DNA from: a virus
Strand: one strand, 5' to 3'
Virus record (IMG/VR): IMGVR_UViG_3300033112_000310
Span: 44,441-108,440 of that record
Length of the DNA: 64,000 bases
A program made the position numbers and the translations under genes. The notes below the pieces were generated by a model that saw only the letters and a list, made by a program, of their open reading frames with translations, made no database searches and was not told where the DNA came from. Below are positions 45,510-54,843 of the stretch, piece after piece. Position 1 is the first letter of the stretch. Each line of letters starts with the position of its first letter.

Positions 45510-48500
45510 TCACAGGTAGTGCTCTGCCCATACCTCCATGACATCGCCGTCCTTGATGGCGATAGGGCCGCCCGAAATGACGACCTTGTTGTCAGCCGGA
45601 TCCCACCGCATCATTTCGTCGCGCCCGCTGCCCCAATGGGCGGCAAGAGCGTAGTTGTTCGAGTCCGCCAACGCCCGCTGCGCCTGGAGCGGGATCGTTC
45701 CCGCCATCCTGGCGTTCCCGTCCGTCTTCCGAACCACGACGTACAGCGAAATCAGGCTTTCCCGATGCACCGCGCCGATGGGGTTGACGTTCAGGGCGAT
45801 CTCCGACACGTTGCGGTCGGCAAGGACGCGCTCGTAGTAGCACTTGGTGTCGCGGATCAGCCCCGGCACCAGGGTCACCTGCGGCGGGAAGCGCGTGTCG
45901 ACGTTGGTGTTGATCTCCAAGTGCAGGTTTCCGGCTGCGGCTGTCGTTGCGGGCGGGTCGCCCTCGACCACGATGGCGAATCTCTGGCCGGCCTTGACCG
46001 CGCCCAAGTCCCAATAGAGGTTGTAGGACGCCCGCGTGTAGCCGATGATCTTGTGCACGTGCGGCCTCACCAGCCCGTCGATCCACGACCACAGCGTCAG
46101 GCGGAAGTTCGTCTTCGTCGCGTTGATCTGCGTGTAGAGGTTGACGAGCACGTTCCGCATGTCCTGGGTGAACATCATCGAGCCCTGCACGTTGTCGATC
46201 ACGGCCGCCCGCGTCTCGATGTGCAGACCCTTGATGCTCTGCGGCACGGAAATGCTGGATGCCACGAACGAGAACACCCAATACTCGAACCCGCCGTTGG
46301 TCGTCAGGTGATACCAGCCCGACGTGCCGATCACCGTGCTTTGGGGCTGATTCGAGGAATTGACCCATGCGGCCCGGTACTGCGCCGGAATTTCGTTCGT
46401 CTTTATTCGGGCCAGAAGGAACTCGACCCCCGTCTGGTCACCCGCCGATACCGGGTACGAGCCGGAAGCCACGTTTCCGGCGGCAGGCGCACTGCCTTCC
46501 GCCGCAATCCCCGCTTTCGCCGCATCGGTCGCGTCCCCCCACTTGCCGGGGTTGTCGTGTCCAAGGACGATGAAGTTGTCGTTCAGGTAGTCGGTGTTTC
46601 CGCCCAGGGCGATTGGCATGATGCGGCCAGGTCCGAGCGAGTGCTCGTCGCCGCCCGAGGCGGGCGCGTCCACGTCCAGCGTCTGATGGCTGACGAAGTT
46701 GACGTGGGGCAGGGAGAACTTGATCCAGATCGGGTCACGGACGAGCGCGTACCCGAGGCTCCCGCTGGCGTAGTGCAGTTGCAGCTTGACCTGCGACCCC
46801 GCGTTCGGCAGCGAGCCGGGGGCGAACACGTAGCGGTGGGTCCATCGGTAGTAGCCCGTCTGGCCCTGCGGGATCGTGAACGGAACGTCCGTCGAGCGGG
46901 TGCGCCCGAACCATGTGTCGTCGGTGGCGTACATGTGCAGGTTGTAGGTGTCGCCCGGCGCGCCGTTGATGTCCACGGTGATGTCCATCACAAGCTGACG
47001 CTCGGTCGTTCCGGCGCTCTGGTTGCTCCACTCCACGCCGTTGAACTTCAGCGTGTAGTGGTCGTGGTCCCAGGTGAAGCCCGGGCGCTGCGACTCGTAG
47101 CCGACGATCTGGTTGTTGAGGACCACGATGTCGATCTTCTGATGGATGTTCAGCCGCCGCGCATGGGTGCCTCCGGGAAGGTTCGGGAACAGGTTCTCGC
47201 GCAGGCTGTACCCGTTCTGCCAGTAGTATTCGTAGCCCGGCTGCTGGCCGCGCTGGTCGTCCACGCGGATTTCCTTCATCCGCATGGCCTTGACCACGCC
47301 GTCTTCGTCCGATCCCCACAGGCCGAAGGGGAAGTCGGTGTGGCGGATGGAGATTCGCCCCCGGTCGAGTTCGATGCCCGTTCCCGCGTCGTTCTCGCCG
47401 GATGTCAGGCTTTGGTGCAGACCGAAGTAGGCGACCAGGTTCAGGCCGTGGAAGATCGGGTCGTTGTTGTCGATCACGTCTCCGGCGGGAAGCTCGAAAG
47501 ACATCTTGTAGTAGTCGTACCCGGCCACGGTCGCCAGCTTCGCGAGCGGCGCCGGGTCGGTGAGCCAGTGGCGGCTTTCGCCTGCGGTGTCCTGCGCGCG
47601 GATGGACCGCGCCTGGATTATGGACCCGTCCGTCTTCCGGTAGATGACCAGCGCCGCGTCCTGCTCGTAGCCTTCGTCGTGAGCGTTCGCAGGAACTCGC
47701 AGGTAGACGTAGACCGTCGCCTGGGCGTGGAAGCCAGTTTCAGCGTTGACAACGTAGTAGATGCTGTTGACGTTGGTCTCATCCCTGTCTCTCGAATCAA
47801 CCTGCACCTTGTAGTTTTCGTCGATAGGCCCGGTCAGCAGTCCCCGCTGGTAGTGCTCCAGCAGACGTCGGAACACCTCGGGGTCTTCGTCGGCCAATTC
47901 CCCGTCGAGCCGCACGAACCTGCCGAAATAGGCGTTGTAGACGTTCGGGGCGCCGTCGTCCCCCGAACCGGCGAACGTTATTTCCCAGGTGTCCCACGTC
48001 GCATCCGACCAGTACTTTGAAAGGACGACGTCGTTGGTCTGCCAGTGCCGGGGGTCGGGTGCGAGCGGGTCCTGCAGACCGGCCCCGGCAATCGGTCGCG
48101 AGGCGATCATCAAGTAGTCGCTGCGATCCGTCTGCTGGATGACGTTGAGCGATGTCGTCTTCTCGAAATCCGCGTCGCGATCCGCTTTCCTGACCCGCAC
48201 GTAGGCGTACCCGGACGTGTTGCCGACGTTGATCGAGCCGTTGTCCCGGTCGAACGCGGGCAGCCAATCCCTGTTGTCGTCGATCAGGGACGCCTTCGTT
48301 GCCTGTCTCCGAGTCGTGGTGGCCAGCACTTCGTACTTGGCGCTTTGCGGCCCGGTATAGAAGCCCGTCCTGAAACCAGCGACAATCGAGGCAAGTTCCC
48401 CGTAGTTGCCGGCGTCGATTCCCAACTCGTCTGCGAGGCGCTGGACCTCCGCGTCGAGGCGGGTTTCGTCGTCGAAGTGGTACAGGACCCAGTGCTTCAC

Positions 48501-49220
48501 TCCGTCCTGGTGTACGAGCAGGGGCGTGGTGGTGTCCTCTCCCTCGAAGAGGCGCATCGTCCACGCGGTGCCGTCCGGGACGCGCCAGTAGTTCAGGTCG
48601 CCGTCGTTGTCGGCGTACTCGAACACGAGGTAGTCGATTCCGTCGTCGGAATAGTCGTTGCCCGGCTTGCGCGACAGCGTGATGGTGTCCGTCTTGGACG
48701 GGGTGCCCGCGCTGATGACCGCCGTGATCTTGTCCGAATCCGCGACGGCGGAACCCTTCCCCGTCTCGTAGGCGGTCTTCTTGACCAGTAGCTGTAGCTC
48801 GCCGATGGTGTGGGCCACCACCCCCGCGAGGGCGTTGTCGGGGTTCGACGTGAACTGCCCGTAGATCGCAATGGCGCCCGCATGGCTGTTCGTCGTGGCG
48901 GAGAGGTGGTCGTGCGAGCCGGTGACTATGCCCGCAAAGGTGTTCGTGCCCGGCGCCGCCCTGACGATGTGCGTCTCCCCGCCCACGGTCACCATGTCGC
49001 CGAGAGCGAACTTGGACAGGTCGGTCGGCAGGGCGGACAACTCGGCGGAACGCAGCGAATTGAGGTATTGAGCCACCGAATCCGCGTCGTTGTCGCCGCC
49101 CGGCACCGCCAGACCGCCCTGGATTTCATCGGCGAAAGCGGTCGGCAGGACGCCGTTCGCGGACCTCAGCGTTCCGTTGTATGGGCTGGCGCCGGCCTTG
49201 TTCTGAGAGTATCTAGCCAT
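45510..49220 (-). CDS. large virion-associated fibre/adhesin-like protein
   Basis: 1236 aa, beta-rich, coupled to the upstream fibre gene. Confidence 0.65.
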   Translation of the reverse strand: MARYSQNKAGASPYNGTLRSANGVLPTAFADEIQGGLAVPGGDNDADSVAQYLNSLRSAELSALPTDLSKFALGDMVTVGGETHIVRAAPGTNTFAGIVTGSHDHLSATTNSHAGAIAIYGQFTSNPDNALAGVVAHTIGELQLLVKKTAYETGKGSAVADSDKITAVISAGTPSKTDTITLSRKPGNDYSDDGIDYLVFEYADNDGDLNYWRVPDGTAWTMRLFEGEDTTTPLLVHQDGVKHWVLYHFDDETRLDAEVQRLADELGIDAGNYGELASIVAGFRTGFYTGPQSAKYEVLATTTRRQATKASLIDDNRDWLPAFDRDNGSINVGNTSGYAYVRVRKADRDADFEKTTSLNVIQQTDRSDYLMIASRPIAGAGLQDPLAPDPRHWQTNDVVLSKYWSDATWDTWEITFAGSGDDGAPNVYNAYFGRFVRLDGELADEDPEVFRRLLEHYQRGLLTGPIDENYKVQVDSRDRDETNVNSIYYVVNAETGFHAQATVYVYLRVPANAHDEGYEQDAALVIYRKTDGSIIQARSIRAQDTAGESRHWLTDPAPLAKLATVAGYDYYKMSFELPAGDVIDNNDPIFHGLNLVAYFGLHQSLTSGENDAGTGIELDRGRISIRHTDFPFGLWGSDEDGVVKAMRMKEIRVDDQRGQQPGYEYYWQNGYSLRENLFPNLPGGTHARRLNIHQKIDIVVLNNQIVGYESQRPGFTWDHDHYTLKFNGVEWSNQSAGTTERQLVMDITVDINGAPGDTYNLHMYATDDTWFGRTRSTDVPFTIPQGQTGYYRWTHRYVFAPGSLPNAGSQVKLQLHYASGSLGYALVRDPIWIKFSLPHVNFVSHQTLDVDAPASGGDEHSLGPGRIMPIALGGNTDYLNDNFIVLGHDNPGKWGDATDAAKAGIAAEGSAPAAGNVASGSYPVSAGDQTGVEFLLARIKTNEIPAQYRAAWVNSSNQPQSTVIGTSGWYHLTTNGGFEYWVFSFVASSISVPQSIKGLHIETRAAVIDNVQGSMMFTQDMRNVLVNLYTQINATKTNFRLTLWSWIDGLVRPHVHKIIGYTRASYNLYWDLGAVKAGQRFAIVVEGDPPATTAAAGNLHLEINTNVDTRFPPQVTLVPGLIRDTKCYYERVLADRNVSEIALNVNPIGAVHRESLISLYVVVRKTDGNARMAGTIPLQAQRALADSNNYALAAHWGSGRDEMMRWDPADNKVVISGGPIAIKDGDVMEVWAEHYL

Positions 49221-52200
49221 GTTCGATTCCGAAGTATTCGCCGTTGTTCGCGGACGTGACGCGGTTCAGCGGTCGGTTGATCCAGATTTTGTAGTCCACG
49301 CCTTCCACGGTCTTGTCCTGCGCGGGCCAGAAGCTGTTGGTCGCGGGAAGACCTGAACTCGTGAACCCGGTCGGCAGCGGCTGGTCGCTCTTGACCGCCA
49401 GGTACAACTGGTAGGCGCCCGTCGTCGGCACCGCGACGACCATGCGCGACGGGATCTCAGTCGCCGTCGCCGTGTCGTTGTCGAAGTCGGTCAGCCGCGC
49501 CAGCGTCTCGGCCGCCGTCTCCGCGTCTGACGAATACGGGATGTAGCCCACGCGGTACGCGGCGGTCGCGGGCGCGTGCGCCGTGATCCGGGCGTCCTTG
49601 TAGCTGACCGGCTGGTCGGTCGCCGGGGTCTGCCCGCTTTCGTAGACTTCCAGCCGGACGGTGTACGTCTCTCCTGCTGCGAGGCTGACGCCGCCGGGTA
49701 TCGCGACGCTGCCGCTGCCGCCGTGGTAGTCCGCCGCAGCGATCGCCTTGAGAACTGCGACGGCGTCCGGGCTCGCGTCCGTTCCCTTGAACCCGACGAT
49801 GCGGGCCGCCGCGACGTGCGAGGACTGGCTGATTTCGAAGCTGTAGCCGTAGGCGAGCGTGCCGATGGAACCCGCCACGGGATCCGTGTTTCCAGTCAGT
49901 GCGAACGCCGAGACGTGGGGATGGACGACTTCGATTTCCGGTAGTCCGAGGCCGACCGGGATGACCTGCATCTGTACGATGTCCATCCAGTAGGCGTTGC
50001 TCGTCTGCGATGCGGACGCGGCCCCGTCGCCGCGGCTCTGACCGAAGCTGCGACCCTTGGCGATCCGAAATCGCACCTTCGTCTTCGCCGCGAGATACAG
50101 GACCATGAACAAGGCGTTGGTCGTGTTCGAGTCTATGCCGGTGTAGTTGTCGTCGCTGTCTAGGTTGAGTCCCACTGAGGAATTGGACGGGTCCGCGGTG
50201 CCGCGCACGTAGGGCGCCTGGCTAGCCGTCAGGAATGTCCATCCGCCGCGTCCGCCGGACATTTGAGCCATAATGGGCGAGGCGGAAGACGACCATGTCA
50301 CCGTGTCGGTTCCGGCACCCGAAAAGCTCACGACCTCGATGGGCGAATCTGCCATTGGATTGTCGAAGGCCGCAACGATGCTGTTGATCGTGTTCACGCC
50401 CCTGATTCGGCATTCGACAACGCTGTTGTCGACATGTACGGACACGCCGTTGGATGTGCTGCCGGACACGTATACGAACCGGACGGTATACTTGTTGGCA
50501 CCGGGTCCATTGTTCCGAGCAGCGAAGTGGAACACGGTGGTACCTGCTCCCGGTTCGATGTCAAGGCTTGCTTCGGCCTTGGCCATTACCGGATCGTCCC
50601 ACTCGGTGTAGATTTCCGGAGCGGCCCTGGACGAACCGTCGTCGCCCGTCCAGATGTTGCCCAGGGAAGCGCCGACGATATAGGTACCCGGAGAAAAGCG
50701 AACTGAATACTCGGTGTCATCCAAATCGGTCACGTCGCCCGCCATGCTTTGCACGGCTATAATGGGCACGATCTGATTGTTGTCCTCGGTTACGTCGTCG
50801 TCGTCGCGGAATACGGACGCGAAGATCGGCGAAGTCTGTCCGCCAGCTGCAACGGGCGTCTCCAGAGCCGTTGATCGTCCGACAAGAACGGACGGCGGAT
50901 GGTTGGCCCCTTCGGCGCGTTTGGTCGTGTCGGCGCTGCCCTGCTGGAAGAACTCCACCTTGATGTTGCGCAGTTGGACGCCGGCGCTCCCACCGGAGCG
51001 CACGGCCAGGACGTTGAGAGACGTTTCCGTGTCCAAGAAGATCGCGGCGAGAGCCGAAATCGTCTGCCAACTGTCGGGCACTTTCGGGGCCGTTGTCGAT
51101 CCACCCTCCAGTACCGAGTTGTCGGATGCCCGTCGAAGCTGGAAGGACAGCGCGGCGTTGCGGGCTTCGGAAACGCTCTGCGCCCGAATCTCGGCAACGA
51201 GGTCGACGATGTAGGCGCCCGGAAGCAAAGAGATGTCGTTGCCGGACAGCCCGGTGAGTAGCCGGTTGGAGCCTTGGCCGAAGACGACGCTGAAAGGCGA
51301 CGCCGCCACCGGTTGGAGTTCCACGTCGGTCTGTGCCCTGCTCACGTCCTGCATCGACACGGCTTCGACGCGGGCTATGGACGACGCGTCGGGCAACGCG
51401 ATCTCGTGCTCGTTTCCGCCGCGCTCGGTGAAGGTCATCACCCCGTCTTCGAGGTCGGGTGCGCCGACAAGCGACGAAGGAGCCCCGTCCTCGTAGCCCG
51501 AGCGGTACCAGAACGTGGACCACGACGCGCCCTTGCCCGGTTCGCTCGCGGCCGCCGTGTTGGCCGCCACGTTCGTGCGGGCCACGTAGAAGGCCCATGC
51601 GCCGTCGCCGTTGTGGCGCACCACGTCGTACTGCGCCGACGCGTTGGCCGACGCCCAATCGCCCTTGAACTTGAGAACCGAGCGGACGGCAGCCGCGAGT
51701 TGCGTCGGCGTGGCGAAGTCAGCCCATTCGAGGCCGTCTTCGGCACTGTTGGGGGAGAGGGCCTTCGCGGCCTGTCCGGCGAGAGCGGGCAACGCGTCGA
51801 GAAGCGTCTTGAGTGCCGTGTTCCACTCGGTGTCGGACCCGTCGCTTTTGCCGCGCAGAACGCCGTCCGCCACGATGGGCGTCGCCACCCCGGTCGGAAC
51901 GGCCGACAGGCCAAGCGCATCGAGCACCTTGCTCCGGAGCAGGTTTCCGTCGAACCGGGACGTTCCGTGGTGCGCCGAATCCCCGGTGGCCTGAAGCTTG
52001 ATGCTCACAGTACCGAACAGGCCCGGCGGGGTGTAGAACTGCCAGTTGCCGTCCGCGGACAACCCGATGTTCGTCCAGTTGGTCAGGTCGCCGTAGCCCA
52101 CCGGAGAGCCGTCCGAGGCCAGACCGGTGAACTCCAGCCGGTAGTTCTGCGCGCTGGCCGTGGCGGGAATGCGGATCAGGCCGTACTGGAACTGCGCCTG

Positions 52201-53292
52201 CTCCTCGGTGAGCGCGAGACGCCATTGGTTCGTCTGCACCGCCCTCGCGCTCGCCAAGGTCCACTGCGCGCTGCCTACGCTCTCCCTGATGCCGCCCTGC
52301 GAGGCGCTGGAAATGTCGCTCCATCCCGTCGCGGGTGAACCTGCGTGCAGGTCGGATGTCAGGTTGAGCAGGTTGGCGACGGTCTGCGAGAGGTTGACGG
52401 GAACCTTCCTGTAGATGGCCCGGAAGGTCTTGACCACGGTCATGAACTTGGAGTCGTCCGTCTCCGCGTCCACGTCGTCGTTCAACGCTTTTCCCGGCGG
52501 CTCGTTGTCGTCGACGTACTTCTTGGTCGCCGGGTGCAGGTCTTCGGTCGGGGCGCCGTCGAGTACGATCTTGCCCGTCATGGTGCCGCCGGCCTTCGGC
52601 AGCGCGGCGTCGGCGGTAGCCTGCGCCGCCGCCGCCGCATCCCTGGCTTCCTGGTCTACATCGCTCCCGGCGTTGTCGTCCACGTACTTCTTGCTGGCTG
52701 CATGAAGATCGCTGGTCGGTGCCCCGTCGAGCGTCAGCTTGCCGGTCAGCGTGCCGCCCGACTTGGGCAACGCGGCTTCGGCCAGGGTCTTGACGGGATC
52801 AACTATCGCGTTGACCACCTTCTTGACGTGCGAGATGCCCCATGCGAACCACGCCGTGGACGTGTCGGCGTCAATGATGTCGTTCGTGATGCCGACAACG
52901 CCGCCCCTGACCTTCGCCGTGGCCGCAGGCAACGTGTACGGGTCGGGGAGCGCGGCGTTGCCGAAGGGCTGCCAGCCCCGGGAGTCGTCAGGCGGGGCAT
53001 TCGCGTCCGTCTTCTGCCGTCGCTGCTGGCAAATCCAGAAGGACACCTCGACGCCGGCGACCGTGTAGGTGATGTTGCCGACGAGAAAATCGCCCGCCTT
53101 CCATCGGCCCTTGAAGTTGTCGACGTTGGCGAGAAGGTGGGCGATCCAATCGTCCAACGTGTCGCCGGCGTCCGGCGGGTTCGGCACCCCGACCTTAACG
53201 CCATCGCCTTCGACGGCGATTCCGTCCTCGTTGGCGCTGCGAATGCGTCCGGAGAAGTCCGCGTAGCCGCCTTCGTAGGATTCGTCGGTCAT
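49213..53292 (-). CDS. fibre protein
   Basis: YTLPAAT...GGV; two copies of ALPK.GGT.TGK..LDGAPT.DLH.A.KKYVDDN; FKGDW...YDVVRHNG carbohydrate-binding-like motif. Confidence 0.75.
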   Translation of the reverse strand: MTDESYEGGYADFSGRIRSANEDGIAVEGDGVKVGVPNPPDAGDTLDDWIAHLLANVDNFKGRWKAGDFLVGNITYTVAGVEVSFWICQQRRQKTDANAPPDDSRGWQPFGNAALPDPYTLPAATAKVRGGVVGITNDIIDADTSTAWFAWGISHVKKVVNAIVDPVKTLAEAALPKSGGTLTGKLTLDGAPTSDLHAASKKYVDDNAGSDVDQEARDAAAAAQATADAALPKAGGTMTGKIVLDGAPTEDLHPATKKYVDDNEPPGKALNDDVDAETDDSKFMTVVKTFRAIYRKVPVNLSQTVANLLNLTSDLHAGSPATGWSDISSASQGGIRESVGSAQWTLASARAVQTNQWRLALTEEQAQFQYGLIRIPATASAQNYRLEFTGLASDGSPVGYGDLTNWTNIGLSADGNWQFYTPPGLFGTVSIKLQATGDSAHHGTSRFDGNLLRSKVLDALGLSAVPTGVATPIVADGVLRGKSDGSDTEWNTALKTLLDALPALAGQAAKALSPNSAEDGLEWADFATPTQLAAAVRSVLKFKGDWASANASAQYDVVRHNGDGAWAFYVARTNVAANTAAASEPGKGASWSTFWYRSGYEDGAPSSLVGAPDLEDGVMTFTERGGNEHEIALPDASSIARVEAVSMQDVSRAQTDVELQPVAASPFSVVFGQGSNRLLTGLSGNDISLLPGAYIVDLVAEIRAQSVSEARNAALSFQLRRASDNSVLEGGSTTAPKVPDSWQTISALAAIFLDTETSLNVLAVRSGGSAGVQLRNIKVEFFQQGSADTTKRAEGANHPPSVLVGRSTALETPVAAGGQTSPIFASVFRDDDDVTEDNNQIVPIIAVQSMAGDVTDLDDTEYSVRFSPGTYIVGASLGNIWTGDDGSSRAAPEIYTEWDDPVMAKAEASLDIEPGAGTTVFHFAARNNGPGANKYTVRFVYVSGSTSNGVSVHVDNSVVECRIRGVNTINSIVAAFDNPMADSPIEVVSFSGAGTDTVTWSSSASPIMAQMSGGRGGWTFLTASQAPYVRGTADPSNSSVGLNLDSDDNYTGIDSNTTNALFMVLYLAAKTKVRFRIAKGRSFGQSRGDGAASASQTSNAYWMDIVQMQVIPVGLGLPEIEVVHPHVSAFALTGNTDPVAGSIGTLAYGYSFEISQSSHVAAARIVGFKGTDASPDAVAVLKAIAAADYHGGSGSVAIPGGVSLAAGETYTVRLEVYESGQTPATDQPVSYKDARITAHAPATAAYRVGYIPYSSDAETAAETLARLTDFDNDTATATEIPSRMVVAVPTTGAYQLYLAVKSDQPLPTGFTSSGLPATNSFWPAQDKTVEGVDYKIWINRPLNRVTSANNGEYFGIEHG

Positions 53293-54173
53293 CGCGTGTA
53301 TCTCAGGGTCAGTATGCGGTCGCCAGTGCCCAAGACCTTGTGGTTCTGCAAGACCCGCGTGCTCATCACGCTGTACTCCAACCCCCCACGTTCGTGTGTT
53401 CCGCGCGCCTGGTAGCCGCTCGCGAGAATGTCGAACATGCTGCCGTCGTAGTACGCGTCACGCGGAAGTCCCGGGTCCGACGTGACGCCGAAGAACAGGT
53501 ACCCAGGTGTTGTGCGCTCGGGAATCGACAAATCGTTGTCGGTGGTTTGCAATGCCGCGTCCAGTTCGTCCTGCGTCGGCGTAGGCCCCGCCGACCAGCC
53601 GACGATACGCTGATGCATCCCTTCGGGATGCGCCGTCACATCCGGGCCGTGGCCGTACCGTGCCAGGAAGCGTCGAATCCAGGTGTTCGGATTGCGGGAG
53701 TCGGAAACCTCCAGGTGCACTTCCGCAACCGGCACCGTCTCCGCGCCGAAGGCCGGGTTGGCCGGCGGCATGTCCGCCGGCAGTTCCATGCGGATTAGGC
53801 CCGCGCGGGCGTTCACCGTCGCCACGACCACGGGGAAGTCAGTGTCTTTCCGCGTCGCCAGCCACGGGACGGGCGCGATGTTCGCGGGGGCGTCGTAGAA
53901 CTTCGCCTCCGCTCTCAACCGAAACATGGAGATGTCGGTGGCCGCGGGTAGCGGGTTGCCTTCGGCGTCCACCACGTTTGCGAGGAGTTCTTCTATCGCT
54001 CCTTCGTCGCCCGCTGACACCCACGGGGAAATCGCCAAATCGTCGCCCTGCCGGTCGATGCGCGCGACCACTTCGCGCGATTCCCCGTAGAGAAGATCCC
54101 ACTCGATAGAGCGCGGCGGCGAGAAGAAGTGCCGGTCGGGACGCTCGACAATTCTCGGCTGCGCCGTGTTCAT
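53289..54173 (-). CDS. fibre-attachment (BppU-like) structural protein
   Basis: Start MNTAQP overlapping the adaptor stop; beta-sandwich-like N-terminus; C-terminus resembles that of the next gene. Confidence 0.5.
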   Translation of the reverse strand: MNTAQPRIVERPDRHFFSPPRSIEWDLLYGESREVVARIDRQGDDLAISPWVSAGDEGAIEELLANVVDAEGNPLPAATDISMFRLRAEAKFYDAPANIAPVPWLATRKDTDFPVVVATVNARAGLIRMELPADMPPANPAFGAETVPVAEVHLEVSDSRNPNTWIRRFLARYGHGPDVTAHPEGMHQRIVGWSAGPTPTQDELDAALQTTDNDLSIPERTTPGYLFFGVTSDPGLPRDAYYDGSMFDILASGYQARGTHERGGLEYSVMSTRVLQNHKVLGTGDRILTLRYTR

Positions 54174-54796
54174 CCCGCACCCACCCGGTTGATGATCCAC
54201 GGGTCGAGAAGGTCTGCCAGATCGGGCATCGTCACGTCTTCGCCGGCGGTTCTCCGGTACCTAGCGCCGACCCACTCGTATACCGCTTCGCGTATCGAAT
54301 TGGCCGCTTCCGAAACGTCCGTCTGGTAGGCGATGCGCACGAAGTTCGACCACACGTCCACCGTTTCGGCGATGGCCACGAGGCGCGGCCCCGCGAGCGT
54401 GACCGACGCGGCCGCCAGTTGGGTTTCCGTACCGCCGTCCGTCTCCCGGTAGTACACCGTCGGGACGTGCTCGTCCGCCCGGCTGGCCGGTGCGCTCAGC
54501 TTCATCAGTTCCGTAAGAGCTCGGTAGCCGTCGCTCCGTTCCACCGGGGCCGGCGGGTAGTGCAGGGTTGCTTCGACTTGTTCGACCGCCGTGACCTGCA
54601 GCCGCTCGAGCCGATTGTCGTAGGCGTCGTTGCTGCCGAGTCCGCACGCATCCCGGAGTTCCTGCGTGGACAGGGGCTGGTACTCGTAGTCGCCGTTCCG
54701 GGTACGCCCGTACACGGGCGGTGTCGCCCGTTCGGGGTCGGACCTTAGATGGTCGGGGTAGTCGTACCAGTACCACCGGTCGGACGAGTAGGCCAT
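54170..54796 (-). CDS. head-tail connector/adaptor protein
   Basis: LSTQELRDAC...D.RLERL..TAVEQVE...IREAVYEWVGARY..R...DLLDPW, gp6/gp15-like pattern. Confidence 0.8.
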   Translation of the reverse strand: MAYSSDRWYWYDYPDHLRSDPERATPPVYGRTRNGDYEYQPLSTQELRDACGLGSNDAYDNRLERLQVTAVEQVEATLHYPPAPVERSDGYRALTELMKLSAPASRADEHVPTVYYRETDGGTETQLAAASVTLAGPRLVAIAETVDVWSNFVRIAYQTDVSEAANSIREAVYEWVGARYRRTAGEDVTMPDLADLLDPWIINRVGAG

Positions 54797-54843
54797 TCAC
54801 GCCAACAGTTGGTCAATTTCACCAACTGTACCACCACCGACCG

